Assembly (NCBI GenBank): GCA_002011035.2
Contig: MTLY02000001.1
Span: forward strand, 224,001 to 288,000
Direction: 5' to 3'
DNA length: 64,000 nucleotides
Origin: Candidatus Hecatella orcuttiae
GTDB taxonomy: Archaea; Thermoproteota; Bathyarchaeia; Hecatellales; Hecatellaceae
Shown here: positions 37,453-47,769 of the stretch, piece by piece
How positions within the stretch are numbered: position 1 is the stretch's first letter
How the letters are laid out: each line of letters starts with the position of its first letter
Translations under genes and position numbers: made by a program
The notes under the pieces: model-generated
What the model was told of the DNA's origin: nothing
The model's database searches: none
Seen by the model: the letters and a program-made list of their open reading frames with translations, nothing else

Positions 37453-38738
37453 AACAGGCCTGCCAGAAACGTCGAGATTAAAAAGGCGTCCAAGACCAGC
37501 AGGACTCCGAAAATCAGCCATCCGGCCGCTCTGAAATGCATTTTGTTGGCGGCGTCTCTGAGCAGTTCACGGCTGTTGGCCGTAGTGAGGATGAGGAGCA
37601 TGACTAGGGGGCTGAAGATGAAGGATATGACCATGGAGTAAACCATAGCTTGAATGGGTGTGACACCCAAAAGGAGAACCGCGTAGCCGATGATGAAGCA
37701 GGCTGTGAAGGTCAGATAAAAATGGAAGGCCTCCGCCACCTTCTTGTTCAGCCCCCTTTCCACTCCGAAGAATTCTCCGAAGGCATAGCCGGAGCTACTG
37801 ACCACCACTCCGGTGCCGATGACGGAGGAGGCGAAAAAGCCTATGGAGAAGAGGATGAAGGTGGCAGCCCCGAGATAGGGAAACAAAGCCAAGGCAGCAT
37901 CCCTAGGTGTGTCCACAGTGATCCCAAGGGGGTGCAGAACCGTGGCTGTGACCACAACGATGGCGAAGGCTTCAATGCCGGAAACGGTGATCCCGAGAAC
38001 CGAGCCGGTTCTCCCCAGTTTCAAGTCCTTAAGCTTGACGCCTTTATCCACGAGGGCTGAAGTCAGGTAGAACTGCATGTAGGGAGAGATAGTCGCTCCG
38101 ATGACAGCTGCCGAGAAAAGCAAATAATCAGGGGTCGGCTTGTGAACGATCCAAAAGGTACCTGCAGCCACAGCCTCAGGGGAAGGCTTAGCCATGAAGG
38201 CTACTGCTACATAGGCTAGGAGGGTTAAGCTTACCACGGAGAAAATTCTCTCCACCGGACTGTAACCTTTCTTCAGCAGGAAAGCCCAAACGCTGAAAGC
38301 TAGGATGGGAGATAAAACCACGTAGGGCGTGTAGAGGCCTAGGGAGCCTAGGAGAAGCTCCAGCCCAGCAGCCATGCCGGCTATTTGAGCCACGATGGTG
38401 GCAAAGTTCACGGTTAGAAGACCCAGCAGATAGGTGAATCCTACCCTGATGCCGAATCTTTCCCGGGCATGTTCTATCAGCCCTTTACCCGTGCCCACAG
38501 CGATCCTCACGCACATGTCTTGGATGAAAACGGAAAAAACTAGAGCTAAAAGTAGCGCCCACAAAACCGAGTGCCCATAGAGGGCCCCTGCAGAGGCAAG
38601 GCTTCCGATACTCGCCGCGTCGTTCCCAGCAGATCCCACGATGAGCCCTGGGGCAACAAGCCAGAGGAGATGTCTCACCCGCTTCGCTCGAGGAAAAATG
38701 CCTCTCTTGGCTTTCTTACCTCTTTTGGCAGTTTTCAA
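37449..38738 (-). CDS. NRAMP-family divalent metal transporter
   Basis: PGLI..AGNDA, multiple TM helices, IGATISPY. Confidence 0.88.
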   Translation of the reverse strand: MKTAKRGKKAKRGIFPRAKRVRHLLWLVAPGLIVGSAGNDAASIGSLASAGALYGHSVLWALLLALVFSVFIQDMCVRIAVGTGKGLIEHARERFGIRVGFTYLLGLLTVNFATIVAQIAGMAAGLELLLGSLGLYTPYVVLSPILAFSVWAFLLKKGYSPVERIFSVVSLTLLAYVAVAFMAKPSPEAVAAGTFWIVHKPTPDYLLFSAAVIGATISPYMQFYLTSALVDKGVKLKDLKLGRTGSVLGITVSGIEAFAIVVVTATVLHPLGITVDTPRDAALALFPYLGAATFILFSIGFFASSVIGTGVVVSSSGYAFGEFFGVERGLNKKVAEAFHFYLTFTACFIIGYAVLLLGVTPIQAMVYSMVISFIFSPLVMLLILTTANSRELLRDAANKMHFRAAGWLIFGVLLVLDAFLISTFLAGLF

Positions 38739-38747
38739 GGTCTTCCA

Positions 38748-39146
38748 CTAGTCTAAGTTCACTTCAAACCTGAATTCGGTCTCCTCCGTAGATATGATGA
38801 CCAGCAACTCCTTACTGGTTGAAACACCGTGAATGAGAATAGTCTCACCTGGAGAGTTCAAGGTGGTAGCTCCCCAAACGCGGGGGCTTGGTCGATAGGT
38901 TCCAGGCTTTTCCGGGTCTGGCTCCAGAACCTCCAATCGGGCGGGAAGCGAGGCTTCAGGGGAGGTCTTAACCCGTAGGTCAGCGTGGTCTCCGTCCCAC
39001 CAAGCCTTGACGGTGAAGCCTCCTGCGGAAGCTGTGTAGGAGTTTTCCGTCAAAGTTAGCGCTGAGGCGGTTAACCCGGTGGTGATAAGGATGATGAAAG
39101 GCAGCACTACAGCTAGGCTGTGAACATCAAACCTGTAAGCGCTCAA
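38748..39146 (-). CDS. Hypothetical protein with N-terminal TM or signal segment
   Basis: Hydrophobic N-terminus, beta-rich remainder; ends 9 nt before the NRAMP start. Confidence 0.55.
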   Translation of the reverse strand: MSAYRFDVHSLAVVLPFIILITTGLTASALTLTENSYTASAGGFTVKAWWDGDHADLRVKTSPEASLPARLEVLEPDPEKPGTYRPSPRVWGATTLNSPGETILIHGVSTSKELLVIISTEETEFRFEVNLD

Positions 39147-39287
39147 AGCCCATTCAACCTAGAAACAGTTCTCACTATTAGACTGATAGGTTTTTCGAAC
39201 CCATCCTGCTGGCAAAGGAAAGAAATAATTACTTCTCCCCAACATTCATGGAGGTTAAATCCGGCTGCGAAATGGAGGGTTAACCCC

Positions 39288-39893
39288 GTGAGGCTGTGCG
39301 AAAACTTCTTAGGGAAGACCGTTGTGACGGCGGAAGGTGAAAAGCTGGGAAAACTCTACGACATCATAGTGGACCCCAAACATGTCTTCCCTAAGATTGA
39401 CTTCATCGTCGTCAGAGCTCGAAGGCGGAATTCGGAGAGAATTTCCCTACGCAAGATAATCCGCTCAGTCAAACTTGGGCGGAAAAGTTTTCTCTACATT
39501 CCATGGAAATATGTGGATGAAGTGGAAAGGAAACGAATCCTCCTCCGGGTGAACGCTGAAAGGCTGGAGGAGATGTGGGATGAATTTTCAGAATTCAAAA
39601 ACGCCAAAAAGAAATATTCGCTGGTCAAGGACGTTCTGGACGAGCAGGTTGTAGATTCTGACGGCCGTTTTATCGACAGGGTTGACGATGTGAAAATTGA
39701 GCAGGTAGGTCGAACTTTGAGGGTCATAGGCTTGGACATAGGGATTGAAGGGGTGCTGGAAAGATTGGGGTTCGAGAGAATCTTGAAGAACATCGGAATA
39801 AAGCTTCCGGAAAAAATGATCCCTTGGTATCTGGTCAAACTATCTAAGAGAGCTAGGAGGATTCAGTTAAAAGTTCCAGGAGAAATCCTGTGA
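39288..39893 (+). CDS. Tandem PRC-barrel protein (MgtE N-terminal-like)
   Basis: LGKTVVTAEGEKLGKLYDI..IPW and LDEQVVDSDGR..RVDDV..IPW; start GTG 39288 after GGAGGG. Confidence 0.8.
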   Translation: MRLCENFLGKTVVTAEGEKLGKLYDIIVDPKHVFPKIDFIVVRARRRNSERISLRKIIRSVKLGRKSFLYIPWKYVDEVERKRILLRVNAERLEEMWDEFSEFKNAKKKYSLVKDVLDEQVVDSDGRFIDRVDDVKIEQVGRTLRVIGLDIGIEGVLERLGFERILKNIGIKLPEKMIPWYLVKLSKRARRIQLKVPGEIL

Positions 39894-39992
39894 AACATCC
39901 CTTTAACCCCTGCGCTTTTAAGAAGAACAATTTTTATAACTTCCCCTGAGCTATGAAAAGCGATTCAGAACTCCCTAGGCCGGGTTAATCGG

Positions 39993-41222
39993 TTGTTTCA
40001 CCTCGAATGCATCGGATGCCATGAAAAATTCGGCGGAGAAAAAGTCATCTACGTCTGTGAAAGATGCGGAGACCTGCTTGACGTTAAATACGATTATCTG
40101 GAACTGGAGTCAAAGCTCCGCTCCAAGGAATGGGAGAAACAGCCGCTCTCCGTGTGGAAGTACAAGGACTTCCTCCCAATCTTAGACCTCTCCAAGGTGG
40201 TTTCTCTAGGAGAGGGGGGAACGCGTCTCTACGAGTGCAGTCGGCTGGGACGGAGGCTGGGGGTTAAGAAGCTTTACGTCAAAAATGAGGGAGACAATCC
40301 CACAGGCTCTTTCAAGGACAGAGGCATGACCGTGGGGGTGACCAAGGCTTTAGAATACGGAAGGAAGGCGGTTCTCTGCGCTTCCACGGGGAACACTTCC
40401 GCATCCCTAGCCGCCTACGCTGCCAAAGCAGGGCTACGCTGCGTGGTGGTGGTTCCGTCCAAAAAAATAGCTCGGGGTAAACTGGTTCAAGCGGTGGCCT
40501 ACGGCGCCCAGCTTATTCCGGTGAAGGGAGGATTCGACGACGCCTTGAAGATCGTGTTGAAGCTTTCCCAAGCCAGGAAAGACCTCTATCTGCTTAACTC
40601 CATCAACCCTTACAGGATTGAGGGGCAGAAAACCTTGGCCTACGAGATCGCAGACGGCCTTCGGGGGAGGCCTCCAGACAAGGTCTTCATTCCCGTGGGC
40701 AACGCCGGGAACATCAGCGCCCTCTGGAAGGGCTTCAAAGAATATAGACGCCTAAATCTCATAGACAGCCTGCCTCAGACTATAGGGATTCAAGCCGTGG
40801 GCGCTGCGCCCATTGCCGAGGCGGTTAAATCAGGGTCGGAGACGGTGAAGCCTAAATCGCACCCTGAGACGGTAGCTACCGCCATTCGCATAGGCTCCCC
40901 TGTAAGCTGGAAGAAGGCGCTTCAAGCCATATGGGAGTCGCGGGGAACAGCGGAAACAGTGACCGATGGTGAAATCATGGAAGCTCAAAGGATGCTGGCC
41001 AGTCAGGAGGGGCTGTTCGTTGAACCTGCCAGCGCCTCCACCATCGCAGGCTTGAAGAAGCTGGTGGAAGAGGGTGTGGTGGGGAGAGATGAGGAAGTAG
41101 TCTGCATCGCCACAGGCCACGGGCTCAAGGATCCTGATACGCCCCTAAAATTCAGCGAAAAAGCCGAGGAAGTAGAGGCTGAGGTTGAGGCGGTGGAAAA
41201 AGCCATCGGTGTCTTGAGATGA
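39993..41222 (+). CDS. thrC: Threonine synthase
   Basis: NPTGSFKDRG, CASTGNT, PVGNAGN, EPASA, TGHGLKD. Confidence 0.95.
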   Translation: MFHLECIGCHEKFGGEKVIYVCERCGDLLDVKYDYLELESKLRSKEWEKQPLSVWKYKDFLPILDLSKVVSLGEGGTRLYECSRLGRRLGVKKLYVKNEGDNPTGSFKDRGMTVGVTKALEYGRKAVLCASTGNTSASLAAYAAKAGLRCVVVVPSKKIARGKLVQAVAYGAQLIPVKGGFDDALKIVLKLSQARKDLYLLNSINPYRIEGQKTLAYEIADGLRGRPPDKVFIPVGNAGNISALWKGFKEYRRLNLIDSLPQTIGIQAVGAAPIAEAVKSGSETVKPKSHPETVATAIRIGSPVSWKKALQAIWESRGTAETVTDGEIMEAQRMLASQEGLFVEPASASTIAGLKKLVEEGVVGRDEEVVCIATGHGLKDPDTPLKFSEKAEEVEAEVEAVEKAIGVLR

Positions 41223-42241
41223 GAATCATTCTGGTGGGCTTCGGTGTGGTGGGTCAAAGTTTCGCCCAACTTTTAGCAGCCAGGTCTCCTGATCTGCTGA
41301 AAAACCATGGACTCCGCCCCCGACTGGTGGCCGTGGTCGACAGGGGAGGCGCTGCTGTAAACTCGAGGGGCTTGGAACCTCTGAGGACCTTGGCTGCTAA
41401 GAGGGAGAAGGGCAGTGTGGCTGCGGATGGGGAAAACGGCAGACCCGGGTTGACGCCGCTTGAGGTCATAGAGAAAGTAGGGGCTGAGGTGGTGGTGGAG
41501 GTTACTCCCACTAACATAGCTGACGCTGAGCCGGGTATAACCCACATCAAGGCCGCCCTTAAAAGCGGGAAGCACGTCATCACCACCAACAAGGGGCCTC
41601 TAGCCTTGGCTTTTCCAGCTCTCATGGAGCTAGCCGACTACAACGGCGTGCTCCTCAGGTTCAGCGGTTGCGTGGGCGGAGGCACACCCATCCTAGAGTT
41701 TGCTCGAAGATGCCTGCTCGGTGATAGGATCATGTCCTTCCGGGGGATTTTGAACGGGACCACCAACTACATCCTATCTCAGATGACGGAGAGGGGATGG
41801 TCCTTTCAAGAAGCCTTGAAAGGTGCCCAGGAGGCGGGTTATGCTGAAGCTGATCCCTCCATGGATGTGGACGGCTACGACGCAGCCTGCAAGTTGGTCA
41901 TCATGGCCAACTGGATCCTGAACCGGAAGGCTGTGTTGGGCGATGTGAAAATAGAAGGCATCCGGGGAATTACCCAGCATGCCATAAAGGAGGCTCTTCG
42001 CAGGGGGCGGAAGATAAAGTTGCTAGCTTCCGCCGACGGCAACCTCGTGGTTTCTCCCCAAGAGGTCCCGGTGGGACATCCCCTCTGCGTTGATGGAGTC
42101 CTCAATGCTGTGAGCTTCATGTCTGAGTATGCGGGGGAGGAAACCCTCATAGGCAGAGGCGCCGGTGGGAAGGAAACCGCCAGCGCCGTGTTAAGGGACT
42201 TGATCCTCATCAGGCAGTCCATCGCTAAGATTCCGGTTTAG
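41219..42241 (+). CDS. hom: Homoserine dehydrogenase
   Basis: GFGVVG, TTNKGP, GILNGTTN, GYAEADP, GRGAG. Confidence 0.94.
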   Translation: MRIILVGFGVVGQSFAQLLAARSPDLLKNHGLRPRLVAVVDRGGAAVNSRGLEPLRTLAAKREKGSVAADGENGRPGLTPLEVIEKVGAEVVVEVTPTNIADAEPGITHIKAALKSGKHVITTNKGPLALAFPALMELADYNGVLLRFSGCVGGGTPILEFARRCLLGDRIMSFRGILNGTTNYILSQMTERGWSFQEALKGAQEAGYAEADPSMDVDGYDAACKLVIMANWILNRKAVLGDVKIEGIRGITQHAIKEALRRGRKIKLLASADGNLVVSPQEVPVGHPLCVDGVLNAVSFMSEYAGEETLIGRGAGGKETASAVLRDLILIRQSIAKIPV

Positions 42242-42288
42242 GTTTTCGAAAACGTTAAAATCCCTTCTCCTCCACCAAATAGCTGAAG

Positions 42289-43707
42289 GTGTCCTTAGGA
42301 TTGAGGCTTGTGATGAAGTTCGGGGGAACGTCGCTGGCTGACGGAGACTGCATCAGCCGAGCCTGCGGCATTGTAGTCGACAGTTTGAAGGGGGGGAATA
42401 AGCTTGCGTTGGTGGTCTCAGCCATGGCTGATGTTACCGACGAGCTTGTCGAAGCTTGCAGGTCCGCTGAGGTGGGTAACAGAAGCTTCATCCGGAATAC
42501 CGTCGTGGAACTCCGTCAGCTACATGAGTCAGCCTGCAGGGTTTCAGTGACAGATAAGCACCTCAGAAACGAGGTTAAGAAAACCGTGGAAGAGTCTTTA
42601 AAGGAACTGGAAAACGTTTTAGAAGGAATCACCTACCTGAAAGAGGTAACTCCGAAAATCGAAGACTACGTCCTCTCCTTCGGTGAGAGGCTTTCGGCGC
42701 CAATAGTTTGGGGGGCCCTCCGCTCTAGGGGGGTGGATGCTGAATGGTTCACCGGAAAGGAGGCAGGAATAGTGACGGATTCCAATTTCGGAGACGCTAA
42801 GCCTCTGATGGAGATGACCGTCCACCAAGTGAAGGACCGACTTCAGAAACTGTATGAGGGCGGCATCGTCCCTGTGGTGGCCGGATTCATAGCCGCTGAC
42901 CAAGAGGGGCGAATTACGACCTTGGGTAGGGGAGGTTCAGACTACACCGCAACCATCTTGGGATGCGCGCTGGCTGTGGACGAAGTTTGGTTCTGGACGG
43001 ATGTGGACGGTTTGATGACCACAGACCCCGCGGTGGAGCCTTCCGCCAAGACCATTCGGAAGCTGTCCTATCAGGAAGCCTTGGAAATGGCCTTCTTCGG
43101 AGCTAAGGCTCTGCATCCTAAGGCGATAGAGCTGGTCATGGAGCGGGGAATCCCCCTCAGGATAAGAAACACCTTCAATCCTCAAGACCCAGGCACGGCC
43201 ATTAAGGCTGACCAAGAGGTGGAGCCCAGCTCGGTAGCTAAGGCTATCTCCCTCATCCCCAAGGTCGCCATCATCACCGTCAGCGGAGCGGGCATGGTGG
43301 GAGCGCCCAGCGTAGCCTCCAAGCTTTTCGAAGTCTTAGGGAGGAAGAAAGTTAATGTTCTCATGATCTCCCAAGGCTCATCGGAGGCCAACATATCCTT
43401 CGCCGTCCCTAGGGAAAGCCTAGATGAAGTCCTGAACACGTTGGAGCTCTCTTTGCTGGGAGGAAAGTACGTCCGCGAAATAAAGGCGGAGGAGGACGCC
43501 TGCATCGTAGCCTTGGTGGGAGCGGGCATGCAGGGAACCCCAGGCGTAGCCGCCCGCATATTCAGCGCCGTGGCTAGGGAGAAAATCAACATCAGAATGA
43601 TAGCTCAGGGTTCCTCGGAACTCAACATATCCTTCGTGGTTAAGGAAGCTGAAGGAGAAAAAACGGTCAGAGCCCTTCACAGGGAATTTAACCTAGGCGG
43701 GAAGTAA
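42289..43707 (+). CDS. lysC: Aspartate kinase (thr-cluster paralogue with two ACT domains)
   Basis: MKFGGTS, SFGERLS, TTLGRGGSD, QGSSE twice. Confidence 0.93.
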   Translation: MSLGLRLVMKFGGTSLADGDCISRACGIVVDSLKGGNKLALVVSAMADVTDELVEACRSAEVGNRSFIRNTVVELRQLHESACRVSVTDKHLRNEVKKTVEESLKELENVLEGITYLKEVTPKIEDYVLSFGERLSAPIVWGALRSRGVDAEWFTGKEAGIVTDSNFGDAKPLMEMTVHQVKDRLQKLYEGGIVPVVAGFIAADQEGRITTLGRGGSDYTATILGCALAVDEVWFWTDVDGLMTTDPAVEPSAKTIRKLSYQEALEMAFFGAKALHPKAIELVMERGIPLRIRNTFNPQDPGTAIKADQEVEPSSVAKAISLIPKVAIITVSGAGMVGAPSVASKLFEVLGRKKVNVLMISQGSSEANISFAVPRESLDEVLNTLELSLLGGKYVREIKAEEDACIVALVGAGMQGTPGVAARIFSAVAREKINIRMIAQGSSELNISFVVKEAEGEKTVRALHREFNLGGK

Positions 43708-43721
43708 GTCTTCCCCGGCGG

Positions 43722-44399
43722 CTAATCTAAGAGGCGCTTCAACAGTTTTCTCGGATTATCCCTGACAACCACTAAGGCATCCTTCCAGCTCAGCCCAGCT
43801 CCTAAGGCAACCTGATAGGCGTCTTTTTGGGTGATGAAATCTTCAGGGCTGTGAAGGTCGGTGTTAACAACCAAGTTCGCTCCGGTTTCCAAACTCTGCT
43901 TGGCCACAAAGCCGTTGGTTAAGCAGTGTCCCTTCCGGGTTGTGAGTTCTAGGTATACTCCGTTACCCGAAGCCTTCTCGCACTCTTTCTCGCTGATCAT
44001 TCCCGGGTGGGCGAGGATGTCCACTTCCCCGGATTCCACGGCTGCCAAGTTTGTGCCCCGGGTTACAGGCTCCACCAAAGTTTCCCCGTGTGCTATGACC
44101 AGTTTGGCCCCCAGCCTTCTGGCCTTGGAGGCTAAAACCCCTATGGCTTTGGGTGGAACGTGGGTGAGCTCCACACCTGGGTAGAAACGGGTTTTCCCCG
44201 CGTATTTTTCCAGCTCCTCGGCCATGTTTGTCAGCTTGGTTACGACGGATTCCAAGTTAGCTGAGTCCACATGGTCTGTCACAGCCACAGCTTCGTAGCC
44301 CATGTTTTCAGCCCGCCTCAAAATTTCGCTGGGCAGTAGCTCTCCGTCGCTGAGAAGGGAATGGGTGTGAAATTCAATCCTTCTGCCAAGGGTCTTCAT
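43722..44399 (-). CDS. PHP-family histidinol-phosphate phosphatase
   Basis: HTHS..SDG, TDH, HGET, LAHPG, NTDLH; last gene of the his operon; start ATG 44399. Confidence 0.85.
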   Translation of the reverse strand: MKTLGRRIEFHTHSLLSDGELLPSEILRRAENMGYEAVAVTDHVDSANLESVVTKLTNMAEELEKYAGKTRFYPGVELTHVPPKAIGVLASKARRLGAKLVIAHGETLVEPVTRGTNLAAVESGEVDILAHPGMISEKECEKASGNGVYLELTTRKGHCLTNGFVAKQSLETGANLVVNTDLHSPEDFITQKDAYQVALGAGLSWKDALVVVRDNPRKLLKRLLD

Positions 44400-44788
44400 T
44401 TCAGGTTTTCCTCCTCCTTGAAGGTTGCTCCTTCCAGTTTCCGGTAGAAACACGTCCTGTAGCCCCTGTGACATGCTCCGCCTATTTGGCGGACTTTAAC
44501 CAGCAGGGCGTCGAAGTCGCAGTCTACATAGAGTTCCTTGAGAAACTGGTAGTGGCCTGAGGTTTCACCCTTCTGCCAAAGCCTATTTCTCTCCGTGCTC
44601 CAGTAGTACATCATGCCCGTGGTGAGGGTTTTCTCCACAGCCTCCCTGTTGGCGGAGGCCACCATCAACACTTCTCCGGTGGAGGAATCCTGCACCACCA
44701 CCGTCACCCGGCCGTTGTGCCGGTAGTTAAGCTGGCCTGCAACCTTCCTAGCCTCCTCTGGGCCTAAGGGCAGATTTGACACCTTCAT
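44396..44788 (-). CDS. hisI: Phosphoribosyl-AMP cyclohydrolase
   Basis: LWQKGETSG, DCDFD, ACHRGYRTCF. Confidence 0.94.
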   Translation of the reverse strand: MKVSNLPLGPEEARKVAGQLNYRHNGRVTVVVQDSSTGEVLMVASANREAVEKTLTTGMMYYWSTERNRLWQKGETSGHYQFLKELYVDCDFDALLVKVRQIGGACHRGYRTCFYRKLEGATFKEEENLK

Positions 44789-45399
44789 TCTCCGATCGAC
44801 CTGACGAAGTTTTTGAGAAGCCTTAAGCCTTGCGCTCCGCTTTTTTCCGGGTGGAACTGGGTTCCGTAGAGGCTTCCCGAAACCACCACCGACGGGAAAA
44901 CCGTCCCGTATTCAGTGGTGGCTAGAACGGCTGCTTCCTCCGCTTCCCCCACGTAGTAGGAGTGAACGAAGTAAAAGTAGTCTCCGTCGTTTATGCCTTC
45001 TAGGAAGCCGTGGGCTTTAACCGTCTTCACGGTGTTCCAGCCCATGTGGGGGACTTTAACACCTTGGGGTAGAGGTACTACTTTTCCCCTGAGGAAGCCT
45101 AAGCCTTTAGACCATCCTCCTTCTAGGCTTTCGCTGAAGAACAGCTCCATTCCCAAGCATATCCCGAGGAGAGGGAGACCTCTTTCCACGGCTTTTTTAA
45201 GCTGGGGCAGGCGGGGGGTGAGAAACTCAACGGCAGGCCGGTAGGCGCCCACGCCGGGGAAGACCACGGCGTCCCCCTCTAGGGCGTCCTCTACCCTCGA
45301 GGTGATGAAGGGCTGGGCTCCAACTTTCTCCAAGGCCTTCCGGATGCTCATCAGGTTTCCCACCCCGTAGTCCACCACCGCTATCCTAGGCGGCTTCAA
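44785..45399 (-). CDS. hisH: Imidazole glycerol phosphate synthase glutaminase subunit
   Basis: DYGVGN, PGVG, GICLG, PHMGWN, QFHPEKS; start TTG 45399 after GGAGGAGG. Confidence 0.94.
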   Translation of the reverse strand: MKPPRIAVVDYGVGNLMSIRKALEKVGAQPFITSRVEDALEGDAVVFPGVGAYRPAVEFLTPRLPQLKKAVERGLPLLGICLGMELFFSESLEGGWSKGLGFLRGKVVPLPQGVKVPHMGWNTVKTVKAHGFLEGINDGDYFYFVHSYYVGEAEEAAVLATTEYGTVFPSVVVSGSLYGTQFHPEKSGAQGLRLLKNFVRSIGE

Positions 45400-45401
45400 C
45401 C

Positions 45402-45686
45402 TTATCGCCTCCTCCTCCGGAGTTCTTGAAGTAGTTCCTCCAGTTTTATTCCTTTGAAGACCAGTAGCACCCAAGTGTGGAACACTAGGTCGGCGGCTTC
45501 ATGAACTATCTCCTGCCTTTCTCCTCCCCGAGCCGCCTTCACCAGCTCTTGGGCTTCCTCCTTCACCTTGCCCAGAACCTTGTCCACTCCTCCTTTTAAG
45601 AGGCTTGAAACATAGGAGCCGGGTTTGGGCCTGTGCCTCCGGTCTTCGATGACCCGGTAGACTTCGGATAGAACCTCCAAACTCAC
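45402..45686 (-). CDS. hisE: Phosphoribosyl-ATP pyrophosphohydrolase
   Basis: SYV..L, KVKEEA, EAADLVFH. Confidence 0.92.
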   Translation of the reverse strand: MSLEVLSEVYRVIEDRRHRPKPGSYVSSLLKGGVDKVLGKVKEEAQELVKAARGGERQEIVHEAADLVFHTWVLLVFKGIKLEELLQELRRRRR

Positions 45687-46996
45687 CGACGTCGGCCTCC
45701 CTTTCGCCCTTTGAATCTTTTCTCCACCGCCAGCCCATGGGCTGGAAGCCCTTCCGCCTCAGAGAAAGCCTTCACCGTCTCCCTCAGCCTCTTCAGTCCT
45801 TGGGGAGTGAGGTACTCCACGTTGATGGCTTTCATGAAGTCGTAGACCCAGAGGCCTGAACTGAACCGCGCTACTCCTCCCGTTGGGAGCACATGGTTTG
45901 ACCCTACAGCGTAATCCACTGCCGGAGTGGGCGTGGAGGCTCCAAGGGAAACGGATCCCGCGTTGGTGATCATGGAAACAAACTTCTCCGGCTTCCTGCA
46001 GAGGACCTCCAAATGCTCCGGGGCGAAGGTGTTGATGAACTCAGCTGCCTGAGCCGGGCTGTCCGCTAGGAGGAGGACTCCTGACCTTTCCAAAGCCTCT
46101 TCCAACACGGTTTTCCTCAGCCCTTGAGAGGCGTAGGTTCGAAGTTTTTCCCCCACCTTCGCAGCCAATCTCCCGTCTGTAGTGACCAAGATGGGTACGG
46201 CAAGGGGGTCGTGCTCCGCCTGGGAAATCAGGTCCACCGCCACAAGTTCAGGGTCAGCGGAGCTGTCGGCGAAGACCACCAGCTCCGTGGGGCCGGCGGG
46301 GAAGTCGATTCCCACCTCTCCGTAGACCAGCATCTTGGCCGCGGTGACGTAGACGTTTCCCGGCCCTAGGATCTTGTCAACCTTTGGAATCGTCTGGGTG
46401 CCGTAGGCCATGGCACCGACAGCCTGCACTCCACCCACCTTGAAGACCTCCTTCACCCCAGCTACATCCAAAGCCACAAGGGTGGCTGGGTTGATTCTCC
46501 CGTCTGGGGCAGGAGGCGTGCAGGCGACCAGCCTCCGAACTCCCGCCACCTTGGCTGGGATGGCCAACATGAGGGCGGTGGAAGGATAGGCGGCTTGGCC
46601 TCCGGGAACGTAGAGCCCCACCGTTCCCAGAGGACGGAAGACCTGCCGAACGTAGACTCCTGCGGTTTTCTTGAGGACTTTGCTCTTGGGCAGCTGTTTC
46701 CTGTGGACCTCCCGGATGTTGGACGCAGCCTTTTTTATCGCCCTGAGCATTCTGCCTCCCACTTTTCCGTAGGCTTTGGCGACTTCGAAGGGCTTAACCT
46801 GCAGCTCCTCCGCCGTGATTTCAACTCTGTCGTAGAGTTTCGCATATTCGACGACGGCCTCGTCGCCTTTCAGCTTCACCGCTTGGAGGATTTCCTCCAC
46901 CTTGCCTTTTACGAGTTGAAGGCTGAACCTGTTTCTCTGGATGAGTCTGCTCAAAGCCTCAGGGCTTAGGTCTTTTATTCGAACAGGCCCTAGCAT
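45683..46996 (-). CDS. hisD: Histidinol dehydrogenase
   Basis: YVPGG, GPGN, QAEHD, APEHL, GSNHVLPT. Confidence 0.95.
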   Translation of the reverse strand: MLGPVRIKDLSPEALSRLIQRNRFSLQLVKGKVEEILQAVKLKGDEAVVEYAKLYDRVEITAEELQVKPFEVAKAYGKVGGRMLRAIKKAASNIREVHRKQLPKSKVLKKTAGVYVRQVFRPLGTVGLYVPGGQAAYPSTALMLAIPAKVAGVRRLVACTPPAPDGRINPATLVALDVAGVKEVFKVGGVQAVGAMAYGTQTIPKVDKILGPGNVYVTAAKMLVYGEVGIDFPAGPTELVVFADSSADPELVAVDLISQAEHDPLAVPILVTTDGRLAAKVGEKLRTYASQGLRKTVLEEALERSGVLLLADSPAQAAEFINTFAPEHLEVLCRKPEKFVSMITNAGSVSLGASTPTPAVDYAVGSNHVLPTGGVARFSSGLWVYDFMKAINVEYLTPQGLKRLRETVKAFSEAEGLPAHGLAVEKRFKGRKGGRRR

Positions 46997-47001
46997 AGCG
47001 G

Positions 47002-47769
47002 CTACCCCCTAGGCGGCCTCACGGGGACACCTAGCTTCATCAACTCCCTCTTTATGTCCGCCACGGTATACTGCCGGTAGTGGAACACGGAGGCCGCTAG
47101 GGCGGCGTCGGCTTTTCCCTCAGTTAAGGCTTGGTAGATGTGCTGGGGTTCCCCAGCGCCTCCGGAGGCTATGACGGGAATGTTCACCGCTTCGGCGACG
47201 GCTCTGGTAAGTTTTATGTCGTAGCCAACTCTCGTCCCGTCGGCGTCCATGCTGGTGAGAAGGATTTCCCCGGCTCCCAGCCTTTCCACTTTCTTAGCCC
47301 ACTCCACCGCGTTGAGGCCTGTGGGAGTGCGTCCTCCGGTGATGTAAACTTCCCAGAAGCTCTCCCTCACATAGAGGGCGTCGATGGCTACCACGATGCA
47401 CTGGCTTCCGAATCTTTCCGCTCCCTTCCTCACTATTTCAGGGTCTCTGACCGCGGCGGTGTTGATGGAAACCTTGTCGGCTCCCGCCTCCAAGAGCGCT
47501 TCCATGTCTTCCAAACTCCGAACCCCGCCTCCCACCGTGAAAGGTATGAAGAGGTTTTCCGCCGTCTTCTTCACCACGTTGACCATGGTGGCTCTTCCCT
47601 CCGGAGAGGCGCCAACGTCCAAGAAAACCAGCTCGTCGGCTCCCTGCTCATCGTACATCAGAGCCAAGGCTGGAGGGTCTCCGGCATGGCGGAGTCCCTT
47701 GAAGTGGATGCCTTTGACGACGACTCCGTTGAGGACATCGAGGCATGGGATTATGCGCTTGGTTAACGT
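47002..47769 (-). CDS. hisF: Imidazole glycerol phosphate synthase cyclase subunit (inferred ACG start)
   Basis: The in-frame extension beyond the track ORF reads [20 protein letters not shown], the HisF N-terminus; also GADELVFLD and TSMDADG. Confidence 0.92.
   Translation of the reverse strand, partial: TLTKRIIPCLDVLNGVVVKGIHFKGLRHAGDPPALALMYDEQGADELVFLDVGASPEGRATMVNVVKKTAENLFIPFTVGGGVRSLEDMEALLEAGADKVSINTAAVRDPEIVRKGAERFGSQCIVVAIDALYVRESFWEVYITGGRTPTGLNAVEWAKKVERLGAGEILLTSMDADGTRVGYDIKLTRAVAEAVNIPVIASGGAGEPQHIYQALTEGKADAALAASVFHYRQYTVADIKRELMKLGVPVRPPRG

Noticed and set aside
39953-39988. uORF MKSDSELPRPG before thrC as a leader peptide
   Set aside because: The ATG is only about 12 nt from the TATA box and so upstream of the likely TSS, and there are no Thr/Ile codons.
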